In this document: piece by piece, positions 38,826 through 48,193 of the stretch
How the letters are laid out: every line of letters begins with the position of its first letter
Position numbering within the stretch: the stretch's first letter is position 1
Source: Chthoniobacterales bacterium
Lineage (GTDB): Bacteria; Verrucomicrobiota; Verrucomicrobiia; Chthoniobacterales; Chthoniobacteraceae
DNA length: 64,000 nucleotides
Assembly (NCBI GenBank): GCA_038207335.1
Contig: JBBQZX010000031.1
Coordinates: 1-64,000, forward strand
Direction of reading: 5' to 3'
Made by a program: the position numbers and the translations under genes
Notes under the pieces: model-generated
What the model was told of the DNA's origin: nothing
Seen by the model: only the letters and a program-made list of their open reading frames with translations
Database searches by the model: none

Positions 38826-39812
38826 TCATTGGGAGATGCCGGAGGTCGTGGCGATGGCCTCGCGGAGAGATGCCAGCACTTCTGGGATGGCTTCGTAGGA
38901 ATCGTAATCCTTCCGTCTCTTCGAGAGCGTTTCGATGGGGACGTAGCCACGGTAGCCGGCCTTGCGGATGATCGTGACCAGCTTCCTCATATCCACAGCG
39001 TGTGAGTCGGTGCCGCTGCCTAGGGTTTCCTTGATTTGCCAATTCACCGCATAGGGTGCCATGAGCGCGATGTCGGCGTAGGGATCGTCCGTGAGGTATT
39101 TTCCGGTGTCCACCAGCGCCCCACACCACTCATGATCCACGCGCTTCAACAGACTCAAATGCTGTTCTCCCGTGTTGATGAAATCGCCATGATTTTGCAC
39201 GGCGACGATGACGCCGAACTTCCTGCCATGCGCGGCACATTCCCGCAGCGCATCAGCCATCCACGCCTCCACCTCGCTTCGGTCCCGATTGCCCGCGGCT
39301 TGCTGCCAGTTTTGGAAAGGCGGCTGTGAATCCGCAAAGGCTCGGATGCACGGCGCACCCAGCTTCGCCGCCACTTCGATCCAGGTCTTGATGCGTTGGA
39401 CCCCTTCGTCGCGCACCGCTCTATCAGCCGTGGTAAAATCATTGCGCACGCCAGTCCCGCTGATGGCGAGTCCGAGATCGAATGCGTGGCGCTTGAGCTT
39501 GAAAATATAGCTGTCGTCCGGTGCCTTCGGGTAGCCGGGAAAAAAGTAGCCCGTGAGATCGACAGCGGCGAAGTCATGCTTCGCGCAGAAGTCGCATACC
39601 CCGAAGAGATCGATCCCGGTGTTCGCATCTTTCGCGTTCGCATTGAGGAGTTCGAGGAACGAATAGGCATTGAGCGTAGGTTTCAAATACGCGCCACCCA
39701 CACGCTGGATCGGGGCGATGGCAGCGGTGGCAGTGGAGAACGGAATCGCGGCAGCGAAGGGCAGGATCGCCGCACGTTTGAGGAAGCCGCGACGGGTCGT
39801 GTGGGAGTTCAT
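38826..39812 (-). CDS. Tat-exported sugar phosphate isomerase/epimerase (xylose-isomerase-like TIM barrel)
   Basis: TRRGFLK Tat motif; QNHGD, DTG, YRGYVPIE. Confidence 0.8.
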   Translation of the reverse strand: MNSHTTRRGFLKRAAILPFAAAIPFSTATAAIAPIQRVGGAYLKPTLNAYSFLELLNANAKDANTGIDLFGVCDFCAKHDFAAVDLTGYFFPGYPKAPDDSYIFKLKRHAFDLGLAISGTGVRNDFTTADRAVRDEGVQRIKTWIEVAAKLGAPCIRAFADSQPPFQNWQQAAGNRDRSEVEAWMADALRECAAHGRKFGVIVAVQNHGDFINTGEQHLSLLKRVDHEWCGALVDTGKYLTDDPYADIALMAPYAVNWQIKETLGSGTDSHAVDMRKLVTIIRKAGYRGYVPIETLSKRRKDYDSYEAIPEVLASLREAIATTSGISQ

Positions 39813-41434
39813 TCGGAAATGTTCGCGGGCGGGAGAAGGTAACGATAGCTGACCAGCGCGATCGTGGTGCTATCCGGGGACCATGAAGGAACATTCAAGG
39901 TGCCCTGCCCGCCAAAAAGAGTGGCAATGACTTTGGCTTTGCCGCCTGCCATCGGCATGAGCCGCAGCACCACGTTCTGGTTGAGTGGATGCCCTTTCAC
40001 ACTCTTGTCAAAGGAGACAAACACGATCCACTTTCCATCGGGCGATGGATGGGGAAACCAGTCGGCATACTGCTCGTCAAAAGTCACCTGTTCCTGCGCA
40101 GAGCCGTCAGGATTCATGCGGAAGATTTTCGCGACTCCACCGACCCGTTCGGAGTGAAAGTAGATCTTGCTGCCGTCCGCGGTGTATTCGGGGCCATCGT
40201 CGAGTCCTTCGGCATCGGTCAGACGTGTCTCACCGCCTCCTGCCGTGGGGACCGTGTAAACGTCGAAGTTACCGTTGCGCTTCGCACAAAAAGCCAGCGT
40301 GCCGCCATCCGGCGACCAGCCATGCCAATACGACGGGCCGGTGGGCGTGATCTCACGCGCGGCGCCGCCGTTGGCGGGTACGACGTAAATCTTTGAGCCG
40401 TTCTCGCCGGAGCCTGAACTAACGGCGAGCCACTTCCCATCGAATGAAAGGCCGTGGTCATTGTTGTTGTTCACGGCGACGCCAGTGTTGATCTGGGTCG
40501 GCTCGGCGCCGGTTACGGGCAGCGTCCAGATGCCGCCACCGCGATTGAAGTAGAAGTGCTTGCCGTCGCGCGACCAGTTAGGTGCTTCGAACCTGCTGCG
40601 ATCGCGATAAACGACCTTTCGTTCGCTCGTCGCGATATCGAGCGTTTCCAGGCTCGACTCCCGCAGCCGCTTTGCGCCCTCCGCCGCGATGTTGCTTTTC
40701 AGCACGACGTTCGAGATCAAGGCCGTCTCAAGGTTCGCCGCATTGTGGGCACCGACGGCGAGTCCGGCATAGACCGGATCAGGCATCGGGAGCGACACCG
40801 CGCCCACCGGTTGGAATGGCCCGCCGTCTTTTGAAACGGAAACCGTAAACACATCGCCGTCGCGCTCCAGCTTCACATTGGCCGGCGCCTGAATGGGTGT
40901 GCGGGCCGCCAGGGTCGTGGCCCCTTTCACCGTGCGATATTGCATCTCGATCAAGCCATCGCCATGCACCGCAACATCGACATACGGAGAGTCCGCGTCG
41001 AGCGACTGCCGCACCATCGCGCAGGCTTTGCGATGCGGCTCTTTGCCCTCGGCTTCCCAAGCGACATTCATGCTGAAGGTCAGGTCGCCAGACACCTTCT
41101 TCGACAGGAACTGACAAGCGTCTTCCGCGAACCAGATGTTCTTTCCGCTGCCGGCGATCCGATAAGTCTCTTTGTCCGCAAGATATTCCGAGGAGCCTTT
41201 CAGGTCGATCGTGCCAAGATCCGTTGCGCTTTCAAAGATGCCCATTCCGCCGGTCGTGCCGGATTGGACGCTGACTTTCTCCACAGCCGATGAGGACGCG
41301 GCGGAGAGCACGAGGCAGAGAATGGAAAGCGAACTAAGGGAGCGGAGAATGCGGCTAGATGGGTGCATGGTGGTGGAGTTTCGAGTGAGGAAAACGGTAG
41401 CGAAGGGCGCGCAGAAGTTGGTGAGTGAGTTCAT
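39809..41434 (-). CDS. TolB-like PD40 beta-propeller with N-terminal lectin-like domain
   Basis: Repeats APNWSRDG, HGWSPDG, FPHPSPDG, VPSWSPD; N-terminal KACAMVRQSL...VYAGLAV beta-sandwich. Confidence 0.8.
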   Translation of the reverse strand: MNSLTNFCAPFATVFLTRNSTTMHPSSRILRSLSSLSILCLVLSAASSSAVEKVSVQSGTTGGMGIFESATDLGTIDLKGSSEYLADKETYRIAGSGKNIWFAEDACQFLSKKVSGDLTFSMNVAWEAEGKEPHRKACAMVRQSLDADSPYVDVAVHGDGLIEMQYRTVKGATTLAARTPIQAPANVKLERDGDVFTVSVSKDGGPFQPVGAVSLPMPDPVYAGLAVGAHNAANLETALISNVVLKSNIAAEGAKRLRESSLETLDIATSERKVVYRDRSRFEAPNWSRDGKHFYFNRGGGIWTLPVTGAEPTQINTGVAVNNNNDHGLSFDGKWLAVSSGSGENGSKIYVVPANGGAAREITPTGPSYWHGWSPDGGTLAFCAKRNGNFDVYTVPTAGGGETRLTDAEGLDDGPEYTADGSKIYFHSERVGGVAKIFRMNPDGSAQEQVTFDEQYADWFPHPSPDGKWIVFVSFDKSVKGHPLNQNVVLRLMPMAGGKAKVIATLFGGQGTLNVPSWSPDSTTIALVSYRYLLPPANISE

Positions 41435-41443
41435 GCCGAAAGG

Positions 41444-43018
41444 TTATTTCGCGGCTTGCGGGAGGACATTTTTGAGACGGCTTCGTCCATTGACCTTGGA
41501 TTGATCGAGCAATGCTTTCAGCTCGTTCACCATTTCCGGATGCTCGGCGTAAAGGTTCGTTGTGTCGCCGGGGTCGGCTGCAAGATTGTAGAGCTGACCG
41601 GGAGCATCGGGGACGACCTCGGGGAGGATGAACGGCTTGAGGCCGGGGTCGGTTTCGTAGCGGTTTCCGCCGGAGCCGGGGTGGTCCAGGTATTTCCACG
41701 GTCCGCGCCGGATGGAGAGCGTGCGCGCACCGCCGAAGGCTTGTTCGAGTAGATACGGACGGATGGGGGCTTTGTCTTCGCCGAGCCACGCGGGTAGCAA
41801 GTTGAAGCTGTCCTCGGCGGCGTTGTCGGGGAGGTCTGCGCCGACGATCGCGGCGACGGTCGCCATCACGTCGGTAAGGCTGGTTAGCTGCGCGCTGGTC
41901 GTGCCGGCTTTCACTTTGCCGGGCCAGCGGACGATGAATGGGACGCGGTGGCCGCCCTCCCAATCGTCGCGCTTCACACCGCGCCACGGGCGCGCGCCGT
42001 CGTGGCCGTGGTCGGCGCGCATGTGGATGACGCTGGTGGTTTCGGGGCCGTTGTCGCTGGTGAATATGACGATCGTGTTGTCGGCGACGCCCAGTTTTTC
42101 CAGCGTGGACATGAGTTCGCCGACCACCCAGTCGAGTTGCTGGATAAAGTCACCATGCGGCCCGGCGGCAGTCTTCCCTTGGAACTGCGGCGCGGCGAAC
42201 GATGGCAGATGCACGGCCTGCGCGGCGTGGTGGAGGAAGAACGGCTTGTCCGGCGACTGACGGACGTGCTGCTCCAAAAACTCACGGCTCTTTTTGAGGA
42301 AGACGAGGTCCACCTCTTCCATCGGAAAACCCGGCGCGATGAGTCCGGCGCGGCAATCATCCGCATACGGGTGTTTCGGCAATCCTGCTTTGTCGAGTGG
42401 ACCCGTCGGGGGCACCGGCACGCGGTCGTTCTCGATGAAGGCGTAGAGCCAGTCAGTGGTGGGACAGCACGCCGTGCCGAAGAATCGCTCGAAGCCTTGG
42501 TCCACCGGCCCGCCTTCGATGCGACGGGAAAAATCCACAGTCTGCACGGCCTCAACGCCTTTGCTGCGCACGGGCTGTCCAGCCTTGTCGAAGAACGTCA
42601 GGCCGACGTGCCACTTGCCGACGCACGCTGTGGCATAACCCTTCGCGCCGAGCATCGCAGGCAGCGTGAGCCGCCCCGGTGCGATGAGCGACGGCCCTCC
42701 GACGCCTTCAAAAACCCGCCCGCCATTTGGCACCCGAAACGCCATCTGGCCCGTCATCAAGCTGTAGCGCGATGGCGTGCAGACCGTGGCCGGACTATGC
42801 GCGTCGGTGAACCTCATCCCCTCGAGCGCGAGACGGTCGATGTGCGGCGTAGCCACTTTCGACTGGTCGTTGTAGCAACTCACATCGCCGTAGCCGAGGT
42901 CATCGGCGAGGATGAGCAGGATGTTCGGCTTCTGGCCGGCGGCCGACGGTTGCGCTGAGAGGAAAGCGCCGAGCAAGAGCAGCGCGAGGCCGAGCTTGGT
43001 GGCGACGGTGATTTTCAC
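41444..43018 (-). CDS. S1 sulfatase (arylsulfatase-like)
   Basis: PNILLILADDLGYGD, CTPSRYSLMTG, GKWH, FTSDNG, EGGHRVP. Confidence 0.93.
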   Translation of the reverse strand: MKITVATKLGLALLLLGAFLSAQPSAAGQKPNILLILADDLGYGDVSCYNDQSKVATPHIDRLALEGMRFTDAHSPATVCTPSRYSLMTGQMAFRVPNGGRVFEGVGGPSLIAPGRLTLPAMLGAKGYATACVGKWHVGLTFFDKAGQPVRSKGVEAVQTVDFSRRIEGGPVDQGFERFFGTACCPTTDWLYAFIENDRVPVPPTGPLDKAGLPKHPYADDCRAGLIAPGFPMEEVDLVFLKKSREFLEQHVRQSPDKPFFLHHAAQAVHLPSFAAPQFQGKTAAGPHGDFIQQLDWVVGELMSTLEKLGVADNTIVIFTSDNGPETTSVIHMRADHGHDGARPWRGVKRDDWEGGHRVPFIVRWPGKVKAGTTSAQLTSLTDVMATVAAIVGADLPDNAAEDSFNLLPAWLGEDKAPIRPYLLEQAFGGARTLSIRRGPWKYLDHPGSGGNRYETDPGLKPFILPEVVPDAPGQLYNLAADPGDTTNLYAEHPEMVNELKALLDQSKVNGRSRLKNVLPQAAK

Positions 43019-43031
43019 GTGCAGCAGGAGT

Positions 43032-44507
43032 TCATGGCTTCGGGATCTCGTTCAGCGTGTAATAAGCGCGGTCGTGTAAGAGGGGCTCGCCGTCGCGCGA
43101 TTTGAAGGCAGGCAGGTGAAAGTCGTGAACGTGACCTTGCACGAGTCCCTGCACGCGCAGGCGCACACTCATTCCATCGGGCGCGACTTCGGCGGCGGTG
43201 ATAGTCGGGTGCGTCTGGTCCACCTCGGGACTGCCGTAGGCTTGCTGGTAGATGTGGGTGTAGGTCTCGAGCGCGTAGCTCTCCGGACGCGCGGCTTGCG
43301 CGCCGTCGGCGGGGCGGGTGAAGCGCAGCGTGAAGCCGTCGGGCTGCGCGCGGATGTCGAGAATCTCGAACGGCGTGCGCCCGGTCCAGTCGAGGCGCTG
43401 GAGCAGGTTATCCTTCATGCCACGCACGGGCCAGCCGCGGTTTGTGCCGCCGGTGATGAGCTTTCCATCCGGCAGGAAATGAAGCGCAAGCAGACCCGTT
43501 CCGAGTCCTTCGCGGAAAGGATAACACGCGCCCTGCCACACGCCGTTTACCTGCTCCGTCGTCGCGCGCATCACGATGCTCAGCGTGTAGTCGCCGATGA
43601 AAATCTGGTTGTCGAACGGCCCGAACTTTCCCCCGGCGCGGCAGACCTCGAAACCGGAAACCGAACGCCCCATTTTCTTGTAGGGAAACACCACCGCGTA
43701 GGGCACGAGTTCCTTCACGCGCTTGCGTTCCACTTCCATGCGCGATGGCGAATTCGGCATCACGGGCACCGGGCCCATGTTCGGCGCAAAAGGATACCAG
43801 TTGAAGCTGATGGGATGTCCCATGAAGCCGCCGGGCTGCAGATGCTTCAGCGAACACGCGCCATTCCACGGCCCCTGACTCTCGATGTAGAACATCTCGC
43901 CGGTTTCATTCGCGCCCACGCCCAGCGGACTTCGCAGCCCGCTGCACAGCGGAATGGTTTTTCCATCAGGCGTAATCTTCAGCGCCCAGCCGCGAAACAA
44001 CGCCTTCGAGTTGTAGGACTCCGAAAGGCCGAGCGCGACGTAGAGATTCCCCGCCGCATCGAATTTCGAGCCGCAAGCAAATTCGTGGTAATGCCCGAAA
44101 CCCCAGGCATCGCTCACCGTGTCGAAGCGGTCCGCGCGCCCGTCGCCATTGGTATCCGCGATGCGCGTGACCTCCGTCGCGTGCGTGACGTAAAACGCGC
44201 CGTCGCGCCACGCCAGCCCCAGCACTTCATCCAACCCGCTGGCGAACCGCTCCACGCGCGGCCGCGGACGCTCATCACCCACACCGCTGAACAACAAAAT
44301 CTCACCGCGCCGCGTGCCGACGGCGAGCCGCCCATCCGGCAGCGAAACAAATGCTCCCGCCTCCACATACACCCCCTCCGGCATCGGGATGTCCACGATG
44401 CGGTAGTAGTTCGCCTCGCGCTCCGCCGTGCCCCAAGTATCGCCGAAGTCTTCCGCAGCAGCGGCGAGCGGGAGCAGGAAGAGCAGGAAGAAAAAGCAGC
44501 GGTTCAT
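43032..44507 (-). CDS. Secreted six-bladed beta-propeller (glucose/sorbosone dehydrogenase-like, PVC type) + C-terminal Ig-like domain
   Basis: FASGLDEVLGL, DTNGDGRAD, HYHEF, GLRSPLG, SQGPW; homologous to the C-terminal half of 49615-52998. Confidence 0.7.
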   Translation of the reverse strand: MNRCFFFLLFLLPLAAAAEDFGDTWGTAEREANYYRIVDIPMPEGVYVEAGAFVSLPDGRLAVGTRRGEILLFSGVGDERPRPRVERFASGLDEVLGLAWRDGAFYVTHATEVTRIADTNGDGRADRFDTVSDAWGFGHYHEFACGSKFDAAGNLYVALGLSESYNSKALFRGWALKITPDGKTIPLCSGLRSPLGVGANETGEMFYIESQGPWNGACSLKHLQPGGFMGHPISFNWYPFAPNMGPVPVMPNSPSRMEVERKRVKELVPYAVVFPYKKMGRSVSGFEVCRAGGKFGPFDNQIFIGDYTLSIVMRATTEQVNGVWQGACYPFREGLGTGLLALHFLPDGKLITGGTNRGWPVRGMKDNLLQRLDWTGRTPFEILDIRAQPDGFTLRFTRPADGAQAARPESYALETYTHIYQQAYGSPEVDQTHPTITAAEVAPDGMSVRLRVQGLVQGHVHDFHLPAFKSRDGEPLLHDRAYYTLNEIPKP

Positions 44508-46720
44508 GGTTTGGTGAGGTGATACTCGAGCTTCATCTCCGCGCTGGCGGGAAGCAGGAGTTCCTTCGTGCCGTCCACGTCGCGCACGAGCGCCGCGGCG
44601 GGCAGGCGGACGATGAGATTTTGGCCAATGGCGAATTCGTTCGTGCCGCGCGGCTCGATGAGTTTTTCCGCAGCCACTCGGAAGTGCAGTCCGCCGGGGG
44701 CATCGGGGATTTTCAGCGTGCGTTCGAGGAACAGTTTGCCGTCAGCGTCGCGGCGCTCGATGAAGGCGTCCTCCACGGTGAAGCCGCCGAGGGCGTAGCG
44801 GAAAGTGGGACGCTGCTGCGCGTCGAGGGTGTAGCCTTTGAAAGTAAACGGTGATATTCCCGGCGTCTCGTCGAGCACAGGCCATGCGCTCGCCGACGAC
44901 GCCAGCACAGCGAAGGCGGGGCCGGGCGGAAAATTCACGATGTCTTTGCCGAGGAGGCGCGCCTGACCGGAGCCTTGGCCGCGCCAGAGGCCGGAGGCCT
45001 CGATGAAGCCGCCGCTCCACACGGAGCCGAGGCGCATCTGCGCGGCGTCGAACGAGAGATTGATGCCGCCGGGATAGCCGACGCCGATGCCGCGTTTGCC
45101 GATGCCGGGAAAGGCGCGACGCACGATGACGGCTTCGTTTTTCACTTCGATGACGAGCGGCTCCAGGACCAGCCCCGCGGGCTCGCCGGCTTCGGGGCCT
45201 TGCGCGAGGAATTGCCAGAGCGCGTCGCGCTGCTGGCCGGGGTCGCCGCCGAGCACGGCGGGCAGCGTGGATTTTCCATCGGGCCAAAAACTCGGCATGA
45301 CCGTGAGCGACGCGAATCGCTGCGGCTGCGCGAGGAAATGGTGGAACCAGTTCTCCTCCAACCGCTCGGTCATGGTGGTGAGTTCCGGCCCCCGAATGGC
45401 GGCGCTGCGTCCGCGAAAGGCGTGGCAGGCGATGCAGTTGAAGCCCTTCGTCCCCGCCAATTCGCGGCCCACGTTGCGGGGCTTCGCGGATTCCGGCACG
45501 CGCTCGAATTTCGCCGACGGCAGCACGTCGAGTTGCTTCAGCCATGCGACGAGCGGCTCTGTATTCGCCGCACCATATTTCGGCATTCGCGTGTTCATCG
45601 AAGGCCGCACACCCGCGCCGTTGGCGACCACCTCACGCAGCCACGCGGCCTTGAGCTTCGCGCCCACGCCCGTGAGCGGCGGCGGGATGCGGCCCTGCTC
45701 GCCGAGACTTTCCTCGCGTCCCGTAAAGTATTCGCTGCGAGTGCTCGCAACGCCGCCCAGCCCGTCGCGCTGATGGCACGCGAGGCAATTCAGCCGCGTG
45801 AGCGTGAGCTCCACCATCGCCGCTGGTTCCCACGCCTTTGCTTCCTCCGCGAGCGCCGCCTGCACCGCCGCCCGCTGCGCATCCGACAGCGGATAATACG
45901 GCCACACTCCCCCCTTCCCCGACAAGCACCCCTCGCCCGCCCGCACCTTGCTCAACGCGGGCAGCGCAGGCGGCGCCACCTTCTCACTCGCACTGTGACA
46001 CGCATTGCAGCGATGCTCCGCGAAGAACGTTTTCCCGCGCGCCGCGAGCACTGCGTCGGGTTGGAAAACTTCCACCGCCGCGCGCTGCTCGCGCAGCAAA
46101 TAGCTCGCGATGTCCTCCGCTTCGGATGGCTCCAAATGGCAGTCCGGCATCCGCCCACTCGGACGCGCGGCCAGCGGGTCCTGCAAAAAAGTCGTGAGGC
46201 TCGCCAGCGTATATTTCTCCGCCACCGGTCCGAGCGGCACCGAGCCGGGCAGCGCCTTCTCCGGCGAATGACACGCCACGCAGCCGACCGAGTGATAGAG
46301 CTTCCGCCCGCGCTCCACCGCCTCCGCCGCAGGCTGCGCTGACGCCCCTGGCTTGCCCAGCGACGCGAGGAAATGCGCGAGCGCATCCGCCACCTCGTCG
46401 CGCTCCGCGTTGGGCAAATGAGCAAGCACATCCGGCATCGTCGTCCCCGGCTTCACGCCCGACGGATTCGCAATGAACCGCCGCAAGTGCGCCCCATTCA
46501 CCCGCGCCCCGACTGCCGACAAATCCGGCCCGCCCTTCGCCGCGAACGCCACCTGCGTCGTCCCGTGACACGCCGCGCATCCCAACTCACCCACCAGCAC
46601 CGCACCCGCGATTTTCTCCACGCCCGCGCGCTCCAGCCCACCAATCACCGGCGGCTCCGCAACAGCACCGTGAAGCATGCAGACGAAGGAACCAAATAGC
46701 GCCACTGAGAGGTATTTCAT
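44504..46720 (-). CDS. Pentaheme c-type cytochrome with C-terminal DUF6797-like domain
   Basis: Signal peptide; five CxxCH motifs (CAACH, CVACH, CNACH, CLACH, CIACH). Confidence 0.85.
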   Translation of the reverse strand: MKYLSVALFGSFVCMLHGAVAEPPVIGGLERAGVEKIAGAVLVGELGCAACHGTTQVAFAAKGGPDLSAVGARVNGAHLRRFIANPSGVKPGTTMPDVLAHLPNAERDEVADALAHFLASLGKPGASAQPAAEAVERGRKLYHSVGCVACHSPEKALPGSVPLGPVAEKYTLASLTTFLQDPLAARPSGRMPDCHLEPSEAEDIASYLLREQRAAVEVFQPDAVLAARGKTFFAEHRCNACHSASEKVAPPALPALSKVRAGEGCLSGKGGVWPYYPLSDAQRAAVQAALAEEAKAWEPAAMVELTLTRLNCLACHQRDGLGGVASTRSEYFTGREESLGEQGRIPPPLTGVGAKLKAAWLREVVANGAGVRPSMNTRMPKYGAANTEPLVAWLKQLDVLPSAKFERVPESAKPRNVGRELAGTKGFNCIACHAFRGRSAAIRGPELTTMTERLEENWFHHFLAQPQRFASLTVMPSFWPDGKSTLPAVLGGDPGQQRDALWQFLAQGPEAGEPAGLVLEPLVIEVKNEAVIVRRAFPGIGKRGIGVGYPGGINLSFDAAQMRLGSVWSGGFIEASGLWRGQGSGQARLLGKDIVNFPPGPAFAVLASSASAWPVLDETPGISPFTFKGYTLDAQQRPTFRYALGGFTVEDAFIERRDADGKLFLERTLKIPDAPGGLHFRVAAEKLIEPRGTNEFAIGQNLIVRLPAAALVRDVDGTKELLLPASAEMKLEYHLTKP

Positions 46721-46914
46721 TGTTTGTCGGTCACTTTGGGCTGATCAGCAGGCAGGTTAAAAGGCACGGAAGGCTTCCGCTCGGAGGCGCACAGCGGGAT
46801 GGTCAGCGAAATTGACCGCTGGTTTTTTCCCAACGTGCGGCCTCCGTTCGCGGCGGCTGGGATTAGAGTTGGACTGCACGCTGGCTGGACTCATTTCTGG
46901 GTTTTGATTCGGGT

Positions 46915-48147
46915 TCAGCGCTTCTGCCGGCTGATCATCTGGAGCGTCGCCTCCGCAAACGCCTTGCCCATCAGCGCAAAGGTCTTCGCGCAGCCGAGGT
47001 AGTGGTAGCCGGCGTTGGAAGCGCCGCGCTTCCACGTGGCGGCTTCTTCAGGCGAGATGAGATCGGCCTCGAATTTTTGCATGTAGGCCTTTTGCGCGGC
47101 CTCGTCCATCGATCCGTCCTCGTTGGGATGACCCTTGGCTTTCGTGCGGAGCAAGTGGGCGGTCTGGTCCACTTTGAACCGCTTCCCATCGATGGCCGCG
47201 AGTTCTTCAGACCAAAAGGGCGCAGTCTGCACGGCGGCGACGTTGCCCTTGAACTCAGGCAAGAGCGCCGGTGCAGCCATGGCTTCCCGGAATGGAAGGG
47301 TGTTGCCCTTGGCGTTCAAACCATCCACGCCGAGCACGCCGATGACGAACGGCATCGTCGGCGCGCCGAAATCCTTCCGCACATCGCGAATCAAATCGGC
47401 CAGCCACTCGCTGTATTTGGAGTAGTCTTTCGTCTTGCCGTCCGGCCCCGGGTAGGTGCCGCCGTCCACGAGGTCGTTGAAACCCTGAAACCACACAAAC
47501 CCGGCAATCTCGTAGCCCGCCGCCGGGTCGTAGGCCGGGCAGACACGCTTCGGATCGGCGAGCACATTTTTCACATGCTCGACCATGTAACGGTAGAAGC
47601 GTCCCGTTTCCTTTGCCTTCGCCGCTTTCTCCGCGGCGATGTCCTTGCCCTGCTTTTGCAGCTGAGTGAGTTGCGCCTCGCTGAACTCGTATGGCCCCGC
47701 GCTCGGCGGGCGGAATTCGGTGTTCAGGCTCCTGCCGCCCCAGGCGGTCTTGATGATGAGCACCGGCTCATTCAGCGCCGAGTCCATGGTGAGTCCGAAT
47801 GTAAATTCCGGCCCGATTTTTCCGCCGTCCTGCGTCGGGTTGGCACCTCTCGCGCCGAAGCCCGCGGTGAGCTTGCCGATTCCCTCGCCATTCGCGCTGC
47901 CGTCGAACTTGCCGGTGAGGTAGGAAATCCAGACGTGGTCGGCCACGCGCGGTTTCCCATCCGCGTCGCGCATCATTTTCAAAAGCGGCGCCGTCGCCGG
48001 GTCATCGCCGATGTAGTCGAACGTCTCAATGCGGGCATGGCCCTCCATATTCGACTGGCCGGCGAGGATGAAGACTTGCAGGGGTTTCTTTTCCGCCGCG
48101 AGGGATTGACTGCAAATGAGCGCAAACAGGGGGATCAGGAATTTCAT
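46915..48147 (-). CDS. Sialate O-acetylesterase-like (SASA) esterase, paralog of 33389-34600
   Basis: PLQVFILAGQSNM, IGPEFTFG, IKTAWGG, WFQGFND, YHYLG. Confidence 0.85.
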   Translation of the reverse strand: MKFLIPLFALICSQSLAAEKKPLQVFILAGQSNMEGHARIETFDYIGDDPATAPLLKMMRDADGKPRVADHVWISYLTGKFDGSANGEGIGKLTAGFGARGANPTQDGGKIGPEFTFGLTMDSALNEPVLIIKTAWGGRSLNTEFRPPSAGPYEFSEAQLTQLQKQGKDIAAEKAAKAKETGRFYRYMVEHVKNVLADPKRVCPAYDPAAGYEIAGFVWFQGFNDLVDGGTYPGPDGKTKDYSKYSEWLADLIRDVRKDFGAPTMPFVIGVLGVDGLNAKGNTLPFREAMAAPALLPEFKGNVAAVQTAPFWSEELAAIDGKRFKVDQTAHLLRTKAKGHPNEDGSMDEAAQKAYMQKFEADLISPEEAATWKRGASNAGYHYLGCAKTFALMGKAFAEATLQMISRQKR

Positions 48148-48193
48148 GGTTGGACGTTTAGGTTTGGATGGCAGATGCGTGAAATTCGACGGT

